From: Desulfosudaceae bacterium
Lineage (GTDB): Bacteria > Desulfobacterota > Desulfobacteria > Desulfobacterales > Desulfosudaceae
Direction of reading: 5' to 3'
Assembly: GCA_963674745.2 (NCBI GenBank)
Contig: CAXXDV010000003.1
Span: forward strand, 768,001 to 832,000
Length of the DNA stretch: 64,000 nt
The notes under the pieces were generated by a model. The model made no database searches, was not told the origin of the DNA, and worked only from the letters and a program-made list of their open reading frames with translations. Positions within the stretch are counted from its first letter, which is position 1, and each line of letters begins with the position of its first letter. Position numbers and translations under genes: made by a program. This document shows, one piece after another, positions 8,821-19,273 of this stretch.

Positions 8821-10440
8821 ATGGAAATTAAAACGGATTTTCTGATTGTCGGAAGCGGTATAGCAGGGCTTAAATTCGCTCTTAAAGCAGCGGAAGTGGG
8901 CCGGGTTACAATTGTGACCAAAAAATCGGTTGATGACAGCAGCACCAACCGTGCCCAGGGGGGTATCGCTGCGGTCATCAGTGGGCTGGATTCTTTTGAT
9001 TATCATATAGAAGATACCCTGGCTTCGGGTGACGGCCTTTGCGATAAGAAGGTCGTGGACATGGTGATCAAACAGGGCCCTGACGCGGTTCGGGAACTGG
9101 CTTCTCTTGGCATTAATTTTACCACAACCCCGGCCGGGCAAAAGGATTTTGATCTCGGGCGGGAGGGCGGACATTCGCACAATCGGATTGTTCACGCCAA
9201 AGACCTGACCGGTAAGGAAATCGAGCAGGCCCTGGTTGGTTTGGCCAAAGCGAACAAAAACATTACCATTTATGAAGACCATATCGCCGTCGATCTGATT
9301 ACACATTCCACCCGGGTTAAAAAAGGGCCGGTGGTTAAAACCCGGGACGTTTACTGTTGCGGTGCCTATGTCCTTGATATTAAGAATGATCAAGTAAATA
9401 CCTTCAGTTCCATGATTACCATGCTGGCCACCGGCGGAGCCGGCAAGGTGTATGCCTATACCAGTAATCCCGATATCGCCACCGGCGATGGTATTGCCAT
9501 GGCCTACCGCGCCGGATGCACGGTGGCCAACCTGGAATTTGTTCAGTTCCATCCCACCTGCCTGTTTCATCCGGCTGCAAAGAATTTTCTGATTTCAGAA
9601 GCCGTCAGGGGCGAAGGCGGGGTGCTGATTAATTCCGCCGGTGAACCGTTTATGGGAAAATACGATCCGGCCAAAGACCTGGCCTGTCGTGACGTTGTGG
9701 CCCGGGCCATTGACACCGAGATTAAGGCCAGGGGAGATGATTGTGTGTTTCTGGACCTGACCCACCGCAAGGCGGATTTTATCAAAGACCGGTTCCCCAA
9801 TTTATACGCCAACTGTTTGAATTACGGCATTGACATGACGACGGATCCCGTTCCGGTCGTTCCCGCCGCTCACTACATGTGCGGTGGTGTTGTGACCGAC
9901 ATGAGCGGCAGGACCAACATCGACCGGCTGTATGCCGTTGGAGAATCCGCCTGTACCGGTCTTCATGGCGCCAATCGGCTGGCCAGTAATTCGCTGCTGG
10001 AAGCAGTTGTCTATGCCAATAAAGCGGTTGAATGCGCTATTGCGCAATGGCGGGAATTACCCCGCGGTGAAAACGACCTGCCGGTATGGGATGAAGCCGG
10101 TACGACGGACAGCAATGAAGCCATTACGGTATCTCAGAACTGGGATGAAATACGGCTGTTTATGTGGAACTATGTCGGCATCGTCCGTTCCGACAAGCGG
10201 CTGAAACGGGCCAAAAACCGCATTGATCTGATCATGGGAGAGATCAAGGAGTACTACTGGAATTTCCGTGTGACCGCTGATTTGCTCGAATTGCGGAATA
10301 TCGCCACGGTAGCGGATCTTATCATTACCTGCGCCATGATGCGGAAGGAAAGCCGGGGGCTTCATTATAATATCGATTATAATTTTAAAGACGACGCCAA
10401 CTGGTTGAAGGATACGGTCATCAGTATGCAGGATGACTAA
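8821..10440 (+). CDS. nadB: L-aspartate oxidase
   Basis: GSGIAG, AQGGIAA, REGGHS, QFHPT, SEAVRGEG, AAHYMCGG, HGANRLASNSLLE, RKESRGLH; alternative TTG start at 8803. Confidence 0.95.
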   Translation: MEIKTDFLIVGSGIAGLKFALKAAEVGRVTIVTKKSVDDSSTNRAQGGIAAVISGLDSFDYHIEDTLASGDGLCDKKVVDMVIKQGPDAVRELASLGINFTTTPAGQKDFDLGREGGHSHNRIVHAKDLTGKEIEQALVGLAKANKNITIYEDHIAVDLITHSTRVKKGPVVKTRDVYCCGAYVLDIKNDQVNTFSSMITMLATGGAGKVYAYTSNPDIATGDGIAMAYRAGCTVANLEFVQFHPTCLFHPAAKNFLISEAVRGEGGVLINSAGEPFMGKYDPAKDLACRDVVARAIDTEIKARGDDCVFLDLTHRKADFIKDRFPNLYANCLNYGIDMTTDPVPVVPAAHYMCGGVVTDMSGRTNIDRLYAVGESACTGLHGANRLASNSLLEAVVYANKAVECAIAQWRELPRGENDLPVWDEAGTTDSNEAITVSQNWDEIRLFMWNYVGIVRSDKRLKRAKNRIDLIMGEIKEYYWNFRVTADLLELRNIATVADLIITCAMMRKESRGLHYNIDYNFKDDANWLKDTVISMQDD

Positions 10441-10512
10441 GGGCACCCTCAGGGGTATGCCCGATAAAGCATTAAGTTGTTTTAACATGTAAGGGTTGAG
10501 GGAGTTAGGCTT

Positions 10513-10661
10513 GAACATCGAACATTGAACGTCCAACGTCGAATTTTGAATAATGCATTCTGTCAATTTCAAAAAATTTCGTAATCAAGATGCTTTTTAA
10601 AAATAGACAGAATGCCTCATTGGATGTTCGACGTTGGACGTTCAATGTTCAACGTTTATTC
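10513..10661. repeat. Inverted-repeat element built of 7-bp units
   Basis: Perfect 24-bp IR at 10520-10543/10627-10650 and inner 10-bp IR at 10555-10564/10606-10615; units GAACATC, GAACATT, GAACGTC, CAACGTC. Confidence 0.85.
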
Positions 10662-10745
10662 TAAAAAAAACAAATTAGCGATTTATGGGGGGCCTCCATC
10701 GCGTCCTGCACCTTGACCGCGACCCCCAATTTTAATTTTTACTAT

Positions 10746-10773
10746 GTAGGGGCGACCGGCGGGTCGCCCCTAC
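10746..10773. repeat. GTAG-type REP palindrome
   Basis: GTAGGGGCGACC-GGCG-GGTCGCCCCTAC. Confidence 0.85.
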
Positions 10774-10910
10774 GCCCGTGGCACCCGTTTTTATTATTAC
10801 CCCTTGACGTCTCACCCTCAATCAGGTTATTGACAACCAGCCTTCAGGTATTATTTTATATTATTAATCTGAGAAGATACGTTTTCCCAGGCATCAAGCA
10901 GAGAGGTATG

Positions 10911-12017
10911 ATGGAAAAGCGATGTTATTACGAGATTCTCGGTGTTTCCAGAGAAGTGACCGAGGTGGAACTGAAAAAGTGCTACCGCAAAATCGCGCTG
11001 AAGTATCATCCGGACAAAAATCCGGGTGATAAAGAAGCCGAAGAAAAATTCAAGGAAGCGTCGGAAGCCTACAGCGTGCTTTGTGATTCTGAAAAGCGCC
11101 GTGTTTATGATCAGTTCGGACATGCCGGTTTAAACGGTTTTGGTGGCGGACATGGTACCGGTTTTGAAGATGTTTTTTCCAGTTTCGGCGATATATTTGA
11201 AGATTTTTTCGGGTTTGGCGGCGGTCGCCGAGGTGGCCGGCGGACCCGTCGCGGGGATGACCTGAGATATGATTTAACCATTGATTTTTTACAGGCCGCC
11301 TTTGGTCATGAAACGGAAATCCAGCTGGAAAAACTGGCCCCGTGTTCAAAATGTGAAGGCAGCGGATGCAAACCCGGCACGCAGCCCGAAACATGCCGGC
11401 AATGTAACGGTACCGGCCAGATGACCCGTTCCCAGGGCTTTTTCATGGTTAAAACCACCTGTTCCGCCTGCCGGGGAAGCGGGCGATATATCGCTTCGCC
11501 CTGCCCCAAGTGCAAGGGCAGGGGGCAGGAAATGGCCAAGAAAACCGTGGCCCTGAAAATCCCGGCCGGGGTTGACAACGGCTCAAAACTACGCCTGACA
11601 GGTGAAGGTGAAGCCGGTCCGGACGGGGCGCCTCCCGGAGACCTGTACGTGTTCATCAATGTTCGGCCCCACAAGTTTTTTCAGCGAAATCAGAACGATG
11701 TGATCTGCCTTATGGAGATATCCTTTGTCCAGGCCGCCCTGGGCGATACCATCATGGTACCCACCCTGGACGGTGAAAAGCCGCTGGACATTCCCAAAGG
11801 CACTCAATATGGAGATACCTTCCGGTTTGTCGGGGAAGGTATACCGTCTTTGCGAACCAAACAGCGAGGGGACCAGATCATTCAAGTTGACGTCAAGACC
11901 CCGGTCAACCTGAGCAAGAAACAGGAAGAACTGCTCCAGGAGTTTGCTTCCTTTGAAAAGGAAAAATTTTCCAACAAACTGAAAAACCTTCTAAAAAAGA
12001 GCGCCGGCTTTCGGTGA
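10911..12017 (+). CDS. dnaJ: Chaperone DnaJ
   Basis: J-domain with HPD, G/F region, four CxxCxGxG repeats; GAGAGG RBS at 10901. Confidence 0.95.
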   Translation: MEKRCYYEILGVSREVTEVELKKCYRKIALKYHPDKNPGDKEAEEKFKEASEAYSVLCDSEKRRVYDQFGHAGLNGFGGGHGTGFEDVFSSFGDIFEDFFGFGGGRRGGRRTRRGDDLRYDLTIDFLQAAFGHETEIQLEKLAPCSKCEGSGCKPGTQPETCRQCNGTGQMTRSQGFFMVKTTCSACRGSGRYIASPCPKCKGRGQEMAKKTVALKIPAGVDNGSKLRLTGEGEAGPDGAPPGDLYVFINVRPHKFFQRNQNDVICLMEISFVQAALGDTIMVPTLDGEKPLDIPKGTQYGDTFRFVGEGIPSLRTKQRGDQIIQVDVKTPVNLSKKQEELLQEFASFEKEKFSNKLKNLLKKSAGFR

Positions 12018-12052
12018 TAACCGGCTGATCTGAAAAACAGGGAAATAAATAT

Positions 12053-12424
12053 ATGTTTGAATTAAAAATTTTGACGGACTTTGCTGCCGCTCACCAGTTG
12101 ACCATGGTCACTGAGAAATGCGAGAACCTGCACGGCCATAACTGGCAGGTGGAAGTTTGCGTGGCCGGAAAAGAACTGAACAGCGCCGGTGTTTTGATCG
12201 ACTTCGGTGAACTCAAAGCCCTTGTAGGGGAAATCGTGGCCGATCTTGACCACAAATTTTTAAATGATCTGGCCGTATTCAACAACAATCCCTCTTCCGA
12301 GCGGATCGCTGTTTATATTGCCGACAGGCTGTCCAGCATGCTGCCCGACAACGGAATCCATGTCTCCCGCATAGCGGTCTGGGAATCCAACGATGCCTGC
12401 GCCACCTATACCCCCGGGCAGTAG
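12053..12424 (+). CDS. queD: 6-carboxy-5,6,7,8-tetrahydropterin synthase
   Basis: FAAAH, CENLHGHNW, DFG, LDHKFLN, NPSSE, WES. Confidence 0.9.
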   Translation: MFELKILTDFAAAHQLTMVTEKCENLHGHNWQVEVCVAGKELNSAGVLIDFGELKALVGEIVADLDHKFLNDLAVFNNNPSSERIAVYIADRLSSMLPDNGIHVSRIAVWESNDACATYTPGQ

Positions 12425-12435
12425 GAGGCCATTTT

Positions 12436-13341
12436 TTGATTATTCGGCAATCAAGCGAGATTTTTCCGGGCTTTTTCGCCCTGTATCCCATTGATGTGCC
12501 GGCTTTTCTACTTGACGGCCGTTATCCTGCTGTTTTTGACGCCGGCTTTTCCTGCCTGGGGGGCTGGTATGCCGACCAGATCAATAACCTTCTGGAAGGG
12601 CGCAGCCCCGGTTTCTGCTTTATCACCCATTCCCATTTTGATCACCTGGGTGCCGTATCTGTTTTAAAGAACCGTTTCCCGGACATGCGGATTTGCGCTC
12701 ATGAGAATGTGGGCCGGATCCTGGAAAAAGATTCGGCCGTGGAGCGGATCCGTATGTTGAATAAAGCCGGCCTTGAATCCGTGGCGTCATACGGTGTTGA
12801 AACGATAAGCCGTGAACCGTTTGAACCGTTTACCGTGGACCAGTGCCTGGCGGCTGGTGATGAAATTAAAATAGCCGACGACCTGACAATCCGTGTGTTT
12901 CATACACCAGGTCATACCCGGGATTGCCTGAGTTATTACATCCCGGAAAAAAAGACATTGATCGCCTCCGAGGCCCTGGGTATTCCCGACTATACGGGCT
13001 ATGTGGTCACGGATTTTCTGGTGGATTATGACCTTTATCTGGATTCCATGAGAAGCCTGATGGATCTTGATGTCGAGGTCCTGTGCTTCGGTCACGGCTA
13101 TGTTTATACGGGTGAAGATGCCGCCGAACATATTCCCCGGGCCATGAAATACGCGGAAGAATTTTTCAGCCTGGTCCAAACCTGCCTGGCGGAAGAAGCG
13201 GGTGACCTGGAGCGGGTCATCCAGCGGGTCAAAGCCGTGGAGTATGACTGTAAAACCGGCTCCAAGCAGCCGGAGCCCGCTTACCTGTTGAACCTTCAGG
13301 CCAGGATAGCGGCGGTTCAGCGGCGGCTGGGGCACGGTTAA
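12436..13341 (+). CDS. MBL-fold metallo-hydrolase
   Basis: THSHFDHLG, TPGHT, FGHG; GGAGG RBS with TTG start. Confidence 0.85.
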   Translation: MIIRQSSEIFPGFFALYPIDVPAFLLDGRYPAVFDAGFSCLGGWYADQINNLLEGRSPGFCFITHSHFDHLGAVSVLKNRFPDMRICAHENVGRILEKDSAVERIRMLNKAGLESVASYGVETISREPFEPFTVDQCLAAGDEIKIADDLTIRVFHTPGHTRDCLSYYIPEKKTLIASEALGIPDYTGYVVTDFLVDYDLYLDSMRSLMDLDVEVLCFGHGYVYTGEDAAEHIPRAMKYAEEFFSLVQTCLAEEAGDLERVIQRVKAVEYDCKTGSKQPEPAYLLNLQARIAAVQRRLGHG

Positions 13342-13426
13342 TTCCGAAAGATTTTACCCCTCTAGAGACGCCTTGAACCTGGTCCCCTGGCACCTTCTGC
13401 TGTGTTGCAGGCCGCTCGCCAATGCT

Positions 13427-13481
13427 GTAGGGGCGGCCCCCTGTGGCCGCCCGATGAAAGGACACAGGGGGGTGCCCCTAC
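13427..13481. repeat. GTAG REP doublet (REPIN-like)
   Basis: GTAGGGGCGGCCCCCTGTGGCCGCCC-GATGAAA-GGACACAGGGGGGTGCCCCTAC; related copies at 36248 and 44831. Confidence 0.85.
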
Positions 13482-13626
13482 GTGATTTGGCGTCCTGCGC
13501 CTTTCAGGATGGGGCAAGAGGCAACACGTTTTTCGATTGTCTTGGACAATAATGAAAAATGATGTTTATATATCGCTCAAGAAAATATGGTGCGCTTTCG
13601 CGGGCTTTTGAAAGAAAGGAAAAACC

Positions 13627-14538
13627 GTGAGTCATCTGGAAGTCGATATCAATGGCTTGACCCTGACCAACCCGGTCATGACCGCCTCGGGAACTTTTGG
13701 CTATGGACGCGAGTTTGACGACCTGATGGATCTGGACCGTCTGGGCGGAATCGTCGTCAAGGGTATTTCCCTGAAACCTTCACCCGGCAACCCGCCCCCC
13801 CGAATCGTTGAAACCGCCGCCGGTATGCTCAATGCCATCGGCCTGGAAAACGTCGGCCTGGAAGCCTTTATCAAAGAAAAACTGCCTTTTCTAAAAACCC
13901 TGGCCCCCAGAATTTTTGTCAACATTTACGGCAGGCAGATTGAAGATTACGCGGCCCTGGCCGGTGAACTGGATGGTCTGGATGGCATCCACGGCCTGGA
14001 GGTCAATATCTCCTGTCCCAATGTCAAATCCGGCGGTATTGCTTTTGGCGTGGACCCGATCGAAGCCGCCCGCGTGGTCACGGCCGTCAGAAAAATGACG
14101 ACCCGTCACGTGATGGTCAAGCTTTCCCCTAACGTGTCGGATATCACGGCCATTGCCCGTAGCGTGGCCGATGCCGGCGCGGATTCCGTGTCCCTGATCA
14201 ACACCCTGACCGGTATGGCCATAGATGTTGCCACCCGGCGGCCCAGGCTGGCCAATATCACCGGCGGCCTGTCCGGTCCGGCCATCAAACCGGTTGCCCT
14301 GCGCATGGTCTGGGAAACCGCCCGCAACGTCGATATCCCGGTCATTGGCATCGGCGGCATCATGACCGCTGAAGATGCCCTGGAATTTCTCATTGCCGGC
14401 GCCATGGCCGTTCAGATCGGCACCGCCAACTTCATCAATCCCCGTACGACTACAGATGCTCTGGATGGTATCGAGCGCTACCTGGAAGAGAATAACATCT
14501 CTTCAGTTAAAGAGATTATCGGTACCCTGGAAACCTGA
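13627..14538 (+). CDS. pyrD: Dihydroorotate dehydrogenase class 1 catalytic subunit
   Basis: ASGTFG, GNPPPRIVET, NISCPN, KLSPN, INT, GGLSGPAIKP. Confidence 0.93.
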   Translation: MSHLEVDINGLTLTNPVMTASGTFGYGREFDDLMDLDRLGGIVVKGISLKPSPGNPPPRIVETAAGMLNAIGLENVGLEAFIKEKLPFLKTLAPRIFVNIYGRQIEDYAALAGELDGLDGIHGLEVNISCPNVKSGGIAFGVDPIEAARVVTAVRKMTTRHVMVKLSPNVSDITAIARSVADAGADSVSLINTLTGMAIDVATRRPRLANITGGLSGPAIKPVALRMVWETARNVDIPVIGIGGIMTAEDALEFLIAGAMAVQIGTANFINPRTTTDALDGIERYLEENNISSVKEIIGTLET

Positions 14539-14626
14539 TTCAGTGATAAAAGAACATGGAATTTGTGTAAAAAATCATAACGCTTGCAGGACTTGGCAAG
14601 CGGTATGCCCGTCCAGGCCTGTAGGC

Positions 14627-15418
14627 TTATTCTCCGAGATCGGGCTGGGTGCCGCAGGTGATGGTGGCATAAGCGCTGTGGTTATGAATAGACTCGAAAT
14701 TTTCAACGCTTATGGAAAACCAGGTAATGTTGGTGTCCTCTTTCAGTTCAATGGCAATATCCCGTACAATATCTTCAACAAACTTGGGGTTGCTATAACC
14801 TTTGTCGGTTACGTATTTTTCGTCCGAGCGTTTTAATACCGAGTAAAGTTCACATGAAGCCGCCCGTTCAACCAGTTCGATCATATCCTCGATCCAGATA
14901 AATTTTTTAAACCGGATGGCCAGCTTGACAACGCCCCGCTGATTGTGGGCGCCGCCGCTGCTTATCTCCTTTGAACAGGGACAGACCGAAGAGATGGGAA
15001 CGATGATTTCTGACACAAGGTCGACTTTGGCATTGGCTTTGCTGGTTCCCAGCAGCCGGCAGGTGTATTCCATGTAAGCCGGTGTTTTGCTGATCGGTGC
15101 CTCTTTTTCGATGAAATAGGGGAAGGTCACTTCCATATGGGCGGACTGGGCCTCAAGATCCTGTTTCATCTGATCCAGAATGACGGCAAAGGTTTTTAAT
15201 GAGATTTCCGGCTGGAACATGTGCAGCAGTTCCACAAAACGGCTCATATGCGTGCCCTTGCTGTAATGGGGAAGGTCCACGTACATGTTGATGGAAGCCA
15301 CTGTCCGCTGGAAGCCGTTTTTTCGGTCAAGTACCCGGATAGGGTACTTCAGATTTTTGATGCCCACGTTGTCAATGGGCATTACCCTGTAATCACGGGC
15401 TTTCTGAATGTCTTTCAT
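14627..15418 (-). CDS. folE2: GTP cyclohydrolase FolE2
   Basis: KGTHMSRF, CPCSKEIS, AHNQR, KRSDEK, NPKFVED, ESIHNH. Confidence 0.95.
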   Translation of the reverse strand: MKDIQKARDYRVMPIDNVGIKNLKYPIRVLDRKNGFQRTVASINMYVDLPHYSKGTHMSRFVELLHMFQPEISLKTFAVILDQMKQDLEAQSAHMEVTFPYFIEKEAPISKTPAYMEYTCRLLGTSKANAKVDLVSEIIVPISSVCPCSKEISSGGAHNQRGVVKLAIRFKKFIWIEDMIELVERAASCELYSVLKRSDEKYVTDKGYSNPKFVEDIVRDIAIELKEDTNITWFSISVENFESIHNHSAYATITCGTQPDLGE

Positions 15419-16164
15419 TATATGTTTTTTACCTTGTCACTTTTTAACATATAGTCTGTTTTGATGTTTCCCATGGCCCTGAAGATGTTCCCTTTCACTT
15501 TCCGGTTGCTTTTGTACAGCTGTTCCAGTAACAGCTTGATCTCATGACGCCGGGATGTCTTCGCCGTCGGGCAGGGGTTTTCAAATTCCTCGAACCCGAG
15601 TTCCGCCACAAATTTTCTTATATCATGTTCTTCAACGAATGCAAGTGGCCGGATGATGGTAATCTCTCCGCCGAACATGGACAGGCTGGGTTGCATGGCA
15701 CTAATTTCGCCGGCATAACACATATTCAAAAACAGGGATTCGATGATGTCATCTTTGTTGTGACCCAGGGCGAGTTTGTTGCAACCCAGTTCGGCGGAGA
15801 TTTCAAAAAGTCTTTTGCGACGTATCCGCGAACAGAGAAAGCAGGGGTTCTCTCGGTTAATCTCACTGTGGGCGACAACACCACAATCAGAATAGTCTAC
15901 GCGAAGTGCCCACCCGTTTTCCCGACAGTAAGACAGGAGTTCTTCAGCAAAACCGTTTTCAAATCCCGGATCGATATAGCAGGGAAAAAGCTCGTAGGTT
16001 ATCGGTATCCGGGAAAGCCGTTCCGAAAGCAGCCACAACATGGCCAGGCTGTCTTTCCCACCGGACAGGGCGACGCAGATTCTGTCCCGGTCATGGAGCA
16101 TGTCATAACGGTGAATCGCTTTGCCGACAGCGCGGTTGATACGTTTTGGTCTGCTGGCGGGCAT
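15418..16164 (-). CDS. ttcA: tRNA 2-thiocytidine(32) synthetase
   Basis: PP-loop SGGKDS, CFLCSRIRR, GHNKDD, IIRPL. Confidence 0.85.
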   Translation of the reverse strand: MPASRPKRINRAVGKAIHRYDMLHDRDRICVALSGGKDSLAMLWLLSERLSRIPITYELFPCYIDPGFENGFAEELLSYCRENGWALRVDYSDCGVVAHSEINRENPCFLCSRIRRKRLFEISAELGCNKLALGHNKDDIIESLFLNMCYAGEISAMQPSLSMFGGEITIIRPLAFVEEHDIRKFVAELGFEEFENPCPTAKTSRRHEIKLLLEQLYKSNRKVKGNIFRAMGNIKTDYMLKSDKVKNI

Positions 16165-16173
16165 GGAATTCAG

Positions 16174-16542
16174 TTATAATTCGTCGTCGTAGTTCTCTTC
16201 TTCAGTGGCGTCGAAGTTTTCGTCTGCATCCTCAACTTCATCACTGTCTTCCACGGCGACTATTTTCTCTTTGAATTCACTCGCAATTTCAGCCAGGTCC
16301 TCTTCCGGTAAGGCATCCATGTCAGTGCTGAACAGGGCCCTTTTGGCTTTTTCCATGTTTTCCATGGTGATTTTGCCGGCCGCAATTTCCCTGAGCGCGA
16401 CAACGATATCCTCGTTTTTAGGCGAAATTACCAGGTATTCAGATCCTTCCCGAATCTGCCGGACGCGCTGTGCCGCCAGGTGAACCAGTTCAAAACGGGA
16501 TGGCACTTTTCTCAAGCAGTCTTCAACAGTTATTCTTGCCAC
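16174..16542 (-). CDS. rpoZ: RNA polymerase omega subunit with acidic C-terminal tail
   Basis: MARITVEDCL, RFELV..AAQR, ALREIAAG. Confidence 0.93.
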   Translation of the reverse strand: MARITVEDCLRKVPSRFELVHLAAQRVRQIREGSEYLVISPKNEDIVVALREIAAGKITMENMEKAKRALFSTDMDALPEEDLAEIASEFKEKIVAVEDSDEVEDADENFDATEEENYDDEL

Positions 16543-16563
16543 GTTTAATCCTCCGGTATATTT

Positions 16564-17031
16564 TTATAAAATTTCCACAAGTTCATATTTACGCTGGCCG
16601 CCGGGTGCCTGAAGTGTAATCTCCTGTCCCGGCTCTTTGCCCAGGATGGCTTTTCCCAGTGGTGAAGTAATTGAAATCAGTCCCTTGTCGATATCAGATT
16701 CATCCGGTCCAACCAGTTGATAGGTGACCTCTTCTCCTGTATCCATATTTTCCAGCAGGACCGTAGTGCCGAACATGGCCTTATCTCTGATAGCCGTCTC
16801 CGGATCGATCACATTCACATCAGCCAGCTTGCTGGACAGTTCATTGATTCGGCCTTCAAGAAAGGACTGTCGCTCCCTTGCGGCGTGATACTCGGCGTTT
16901 TCCGACAGGTCACCGTGGGCGCGGGCTTCGGCGATGGCCATGATGGTTTTCGGCCGCTCTATGGATTTAAGCATTTCCAGTTCTTTTTTCATGGCTTCAT
17001 AGCCGTTTCGGGTAATCGGAATAGATCCCAC
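16564..17031 (-). CDS. greA: Transcription elongation factor GreA
   Basis: ARAHGDLSENAEYHAA, ISITSPLGKA. Confidence 0.95.
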   Translation of the reverse strand: MGSIPITRNGYEAMKKELEMLKSIERPKTIMAIAEARAHGDLSENAEYHAARERQSFLEGRINELSSKLADVNVIDPETAIRDKAMFGTTVLLENMDTGEEVTYQLVGPDESDIDKGLISITSPLGKAILGKEPGQEITLQAPGGQRKYELVEIL

Positions 17032-17046
17032 TTCAGACTCCTTAAA

Positions 17047-18069
17047 TTAAAAGTGATCGGAAACTAAAATTTGACCGATCTGGATGGCATTGGTGGCCGC
17101 ACCCTTGCGGATGTTGTCAGCAACGATCCACATGTCAATGCCGTTGGGAACAGAAACGTCCTGGCGGATTCTGCCGACCAGTGTCATATCCTGCCCGGCG
17201 GCGTCAATCGCCAGCGGATATTCATTCTGCCCGGGATTGTCCACCAGGCGCACATTGGGTTGTTTTTCAAGCAGCGCTCTCACTTCTTCCGGGGTAATCG
17301 GCTTTTCCGTTTCTATGTTGACGGACTCGGAATGGCCGAAGAAAACCGGTACCCTGACAGTGGTGGCGGAAACGACAATGGTGTCGTCCTCAAGGATTTT
17401 GCGGGTTTCGTTGACCATCTTCATTTCTTCCTCGGTGTAGCCGTTTTCCAGGAAAGGGCCGATGTGGGGCAGGCAGTTGAAGGCGATCTGGTGAGGATAA
17501 ACCTTGCTGACCATTTCTTCTTCTTTGACGTAGGCGCGGACCTGTGCGTCCAGCTCATCCACCGCTGCTTTGCCGGTGCCGGAAACCGCCTGGTAGGTTG
17601 AAACCACGATACGTTTGATCTTGGCCTGACGATGTATCGGTGCCAGTGCCACCACCATCTGGATGGTGGAGCAGTTGGGGTTGGCGATGATATGCTTGCT
17701 TTTGTAGCCGGCAGTGGCGTGGGGATTCACTTCCGGTACCACCAGCGGAACGTCCGGGTCCATGCGCCAGGCACTGGAATTATCAATTACAACGCATCCT
17801 GAACGGGCGGCATGGGGGGCGAATTTTTTGCTGGTGGAGCCGCCGGCTGAAAAGAAAGCAACATCCACGCCCTCAAAAGAGTTTTCAGTCAACTCCTCGA
17901 CGACAAACTGCTCTCCCCTGAATGTGATCGTCTTGCCTGCTGAACGGGAAGACGCCAGCATTTTAATGCCGGCAATGGGAAAATTCATCTCTTCCAGGCA
18001 GACCAGCATCTGATTTCCTACAACACCGGTAGCCCCGGCGACTGCAACGTTAACTCTTTTTTCAGCCAT
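17047..18069 (-). CDS. asd: Aspartate-semialdehyde dehydrogenase
   Basis: GATGVVG, DNSSAWRM, ANPNCSTIQ, RVPVFFGHSE, DNIRKGAATNA. Confidence 0.95.
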   Translation of the reverse strand: MAEKRVNVAVAGATGVVGNQMLVCLEEMNFPIAGIKMLASSRSAGKTITFRGEQFVVEELTENSFEGVDVAFFSAGGSTSKKFAPHAARSGCVVIDNSSAWRMDPDVPLVVPEVNPHATAGYKSKHIIANPNCSTIQMVVALAPIHRQAKIKRIVVSTYQAVSGTGKAAVDELDAQVRAYVKEEEMVSKVYPHQIAFNCLPHIGPFLENGYTEEEMKMVNETRKILEDDTIVVSATTVRVPVFFGHSESVNIETEKPITPEEVRALLEKQPNVRLVDNPGQNEYPLAIDAAGQDMTLVGRIRQDVSVPNGIDMWIVADNIRKGAATNAIQIGQILVSDHF

Positions 18070-18105
18070 GATGTTTCATGCTCCTTTTTATCGGTAATGT
18101 CCGAC

Positions 18106-19173
18106 TCAGGCGTTGTTGATATAGTTTGCGATGGTATCTCCGACCTGGCTGGTGGCCATGCCCATCTTTTTGGCTTCCACGCTTTTTAAGTCATCTTTGA
18201 CGGTTTTTATGACCGCCCGTTCAATCATTTCAGCTGCGTTCTTTTCTCCCAGATGATCCAGCATCAGACTGCCGGCCATGATAGCCGCCACCGGATTGAT
18301 AACGCCCAGACCGGTATACTTGGGAGCGGAGCCACCGATGGGCTCAAACATGGATAATCCTTCGGGATTAATGTTGCCACCCGCTGCAACGCCCATGCCG
18401 CCCTGAATCATGGCGCCAAGGTCTGTGATGATGTCGCCGAACATGTTATCCGTGACAATCACATCAAACCATTCGGGATTTTTAATCATCCACATGCAGA
18501 TGGCATCCACGTGTGCGTAATCGGTCGTGATATCCGGATATTCTTTGGCGACTTCATTGAATGTCCGCTCCCAGAGATCAAAAGCGAATGTCAGGACGTT
18601 GGTCTTGCCGCAAAGGGTCAGCTTTTTGCCCTTGTTTCTGGCTCTGGTATATTCGAAAGCATAACGAATGCAACGCTCTACGCCTTTTCTGGTGTTGATC
18701 GATTCCTGGATGGCGACTTCATCGGCCGTGCCTTTTTTCAGGGTGCCGCCGGCACCGGCATAGAGCCCCTCGGTGTTTTCCCTGATTACCGTGAAATCAA
18801 TCTCATCCGGTCCTTTTTCCTTGATGGGCGTGTAAACACCTTCATAAAGTTTTACGGGGCGCAGGTTGATGTACTGATCACAGGTAAAACGAAGCTTCAG
18901 CAGCAGACCCTTTTCAAGGATGCCGGGTTTGACATCCGGGTGCCCGATGGCGCCAAGCAAAATGGCGTCCGCTGTTTTGAGCTGTTCAATGGTCTCGTCA
19001 TTCAATATCTCTCCGGTTTGCTGATAGTGGTCTCCACCCAGAGGGAAAGGGGTGTAATTCAGTGCAAAACCGCATTTGGCTGCAACGGCGTCAAGCACTT
19101 TAATGCTCTCGTCAACAACTTCCGGGCCTGTTCCGTCCCCGGGAATTACGGCGATGTTGTACTTACTGGTCAT
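18106..19173 (-). CDS. leuB: 3-isopropylmalate dehydrogenase
   Basis: [47 protein letters not shown] favours the ATG at 19173. Confidence 0.88.
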   Translation of the reverse strand: MTSKYNIAVIPGDGTGPEVVDESIKVLDAVAAKCGFALNYTPFPLGGDHYQQTGEILNDETIEQLKTADAILLGAIGHPDVKPGILEKGLLLKLRFTCDQYINLRPVKLYEGVYTPIKEKGPDEIDFTVIRENTEGLYAGAGGTLKKGTADEVAIQESINTRKGVERCIRYAFEYTRARNKGKKLTLCGKTNVLTFAFDLWERTFNEVAKEYPDITTDYAHVDAICMWMIKNPEWFDVIVTDNMFGDIITDLGAMIQGGMGVAAGGNINPEGLSMFEPIGGSAPKYTGLGVINPVAAIMAGSLMLDHLGEKNAAEMIERAVIKTVKDDLKSVEAKKMGMATSQVGDTIANYINNA

Positions 19174-19273
19174 TCGCAACGCTCCTTCATTACTGTGTAC
19201 ATCATACGGTGATTCTCACCGATGACGTTTTAAGCAGTTAATGTTTATCGTTCTGTAGTCGGTTATTGGATTT

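Noticed and set aside
10057..10572. Minus-strand ORF beginning MKLTECIIQNSTLDVQCSMF, and 42592-43164 beginning MTALRVQGFKWSRGQG
   Set aside because: Translations of intergenic short-repeat elements extending antisense into real genes
10713..10910. 66-aa N-terminal extension of DnaJ in the ORF track
   Set aside because: It runs through a REP palindrome and promoter-like AT-rich DNA; an RBS sits at 10901 just before the J-domain start
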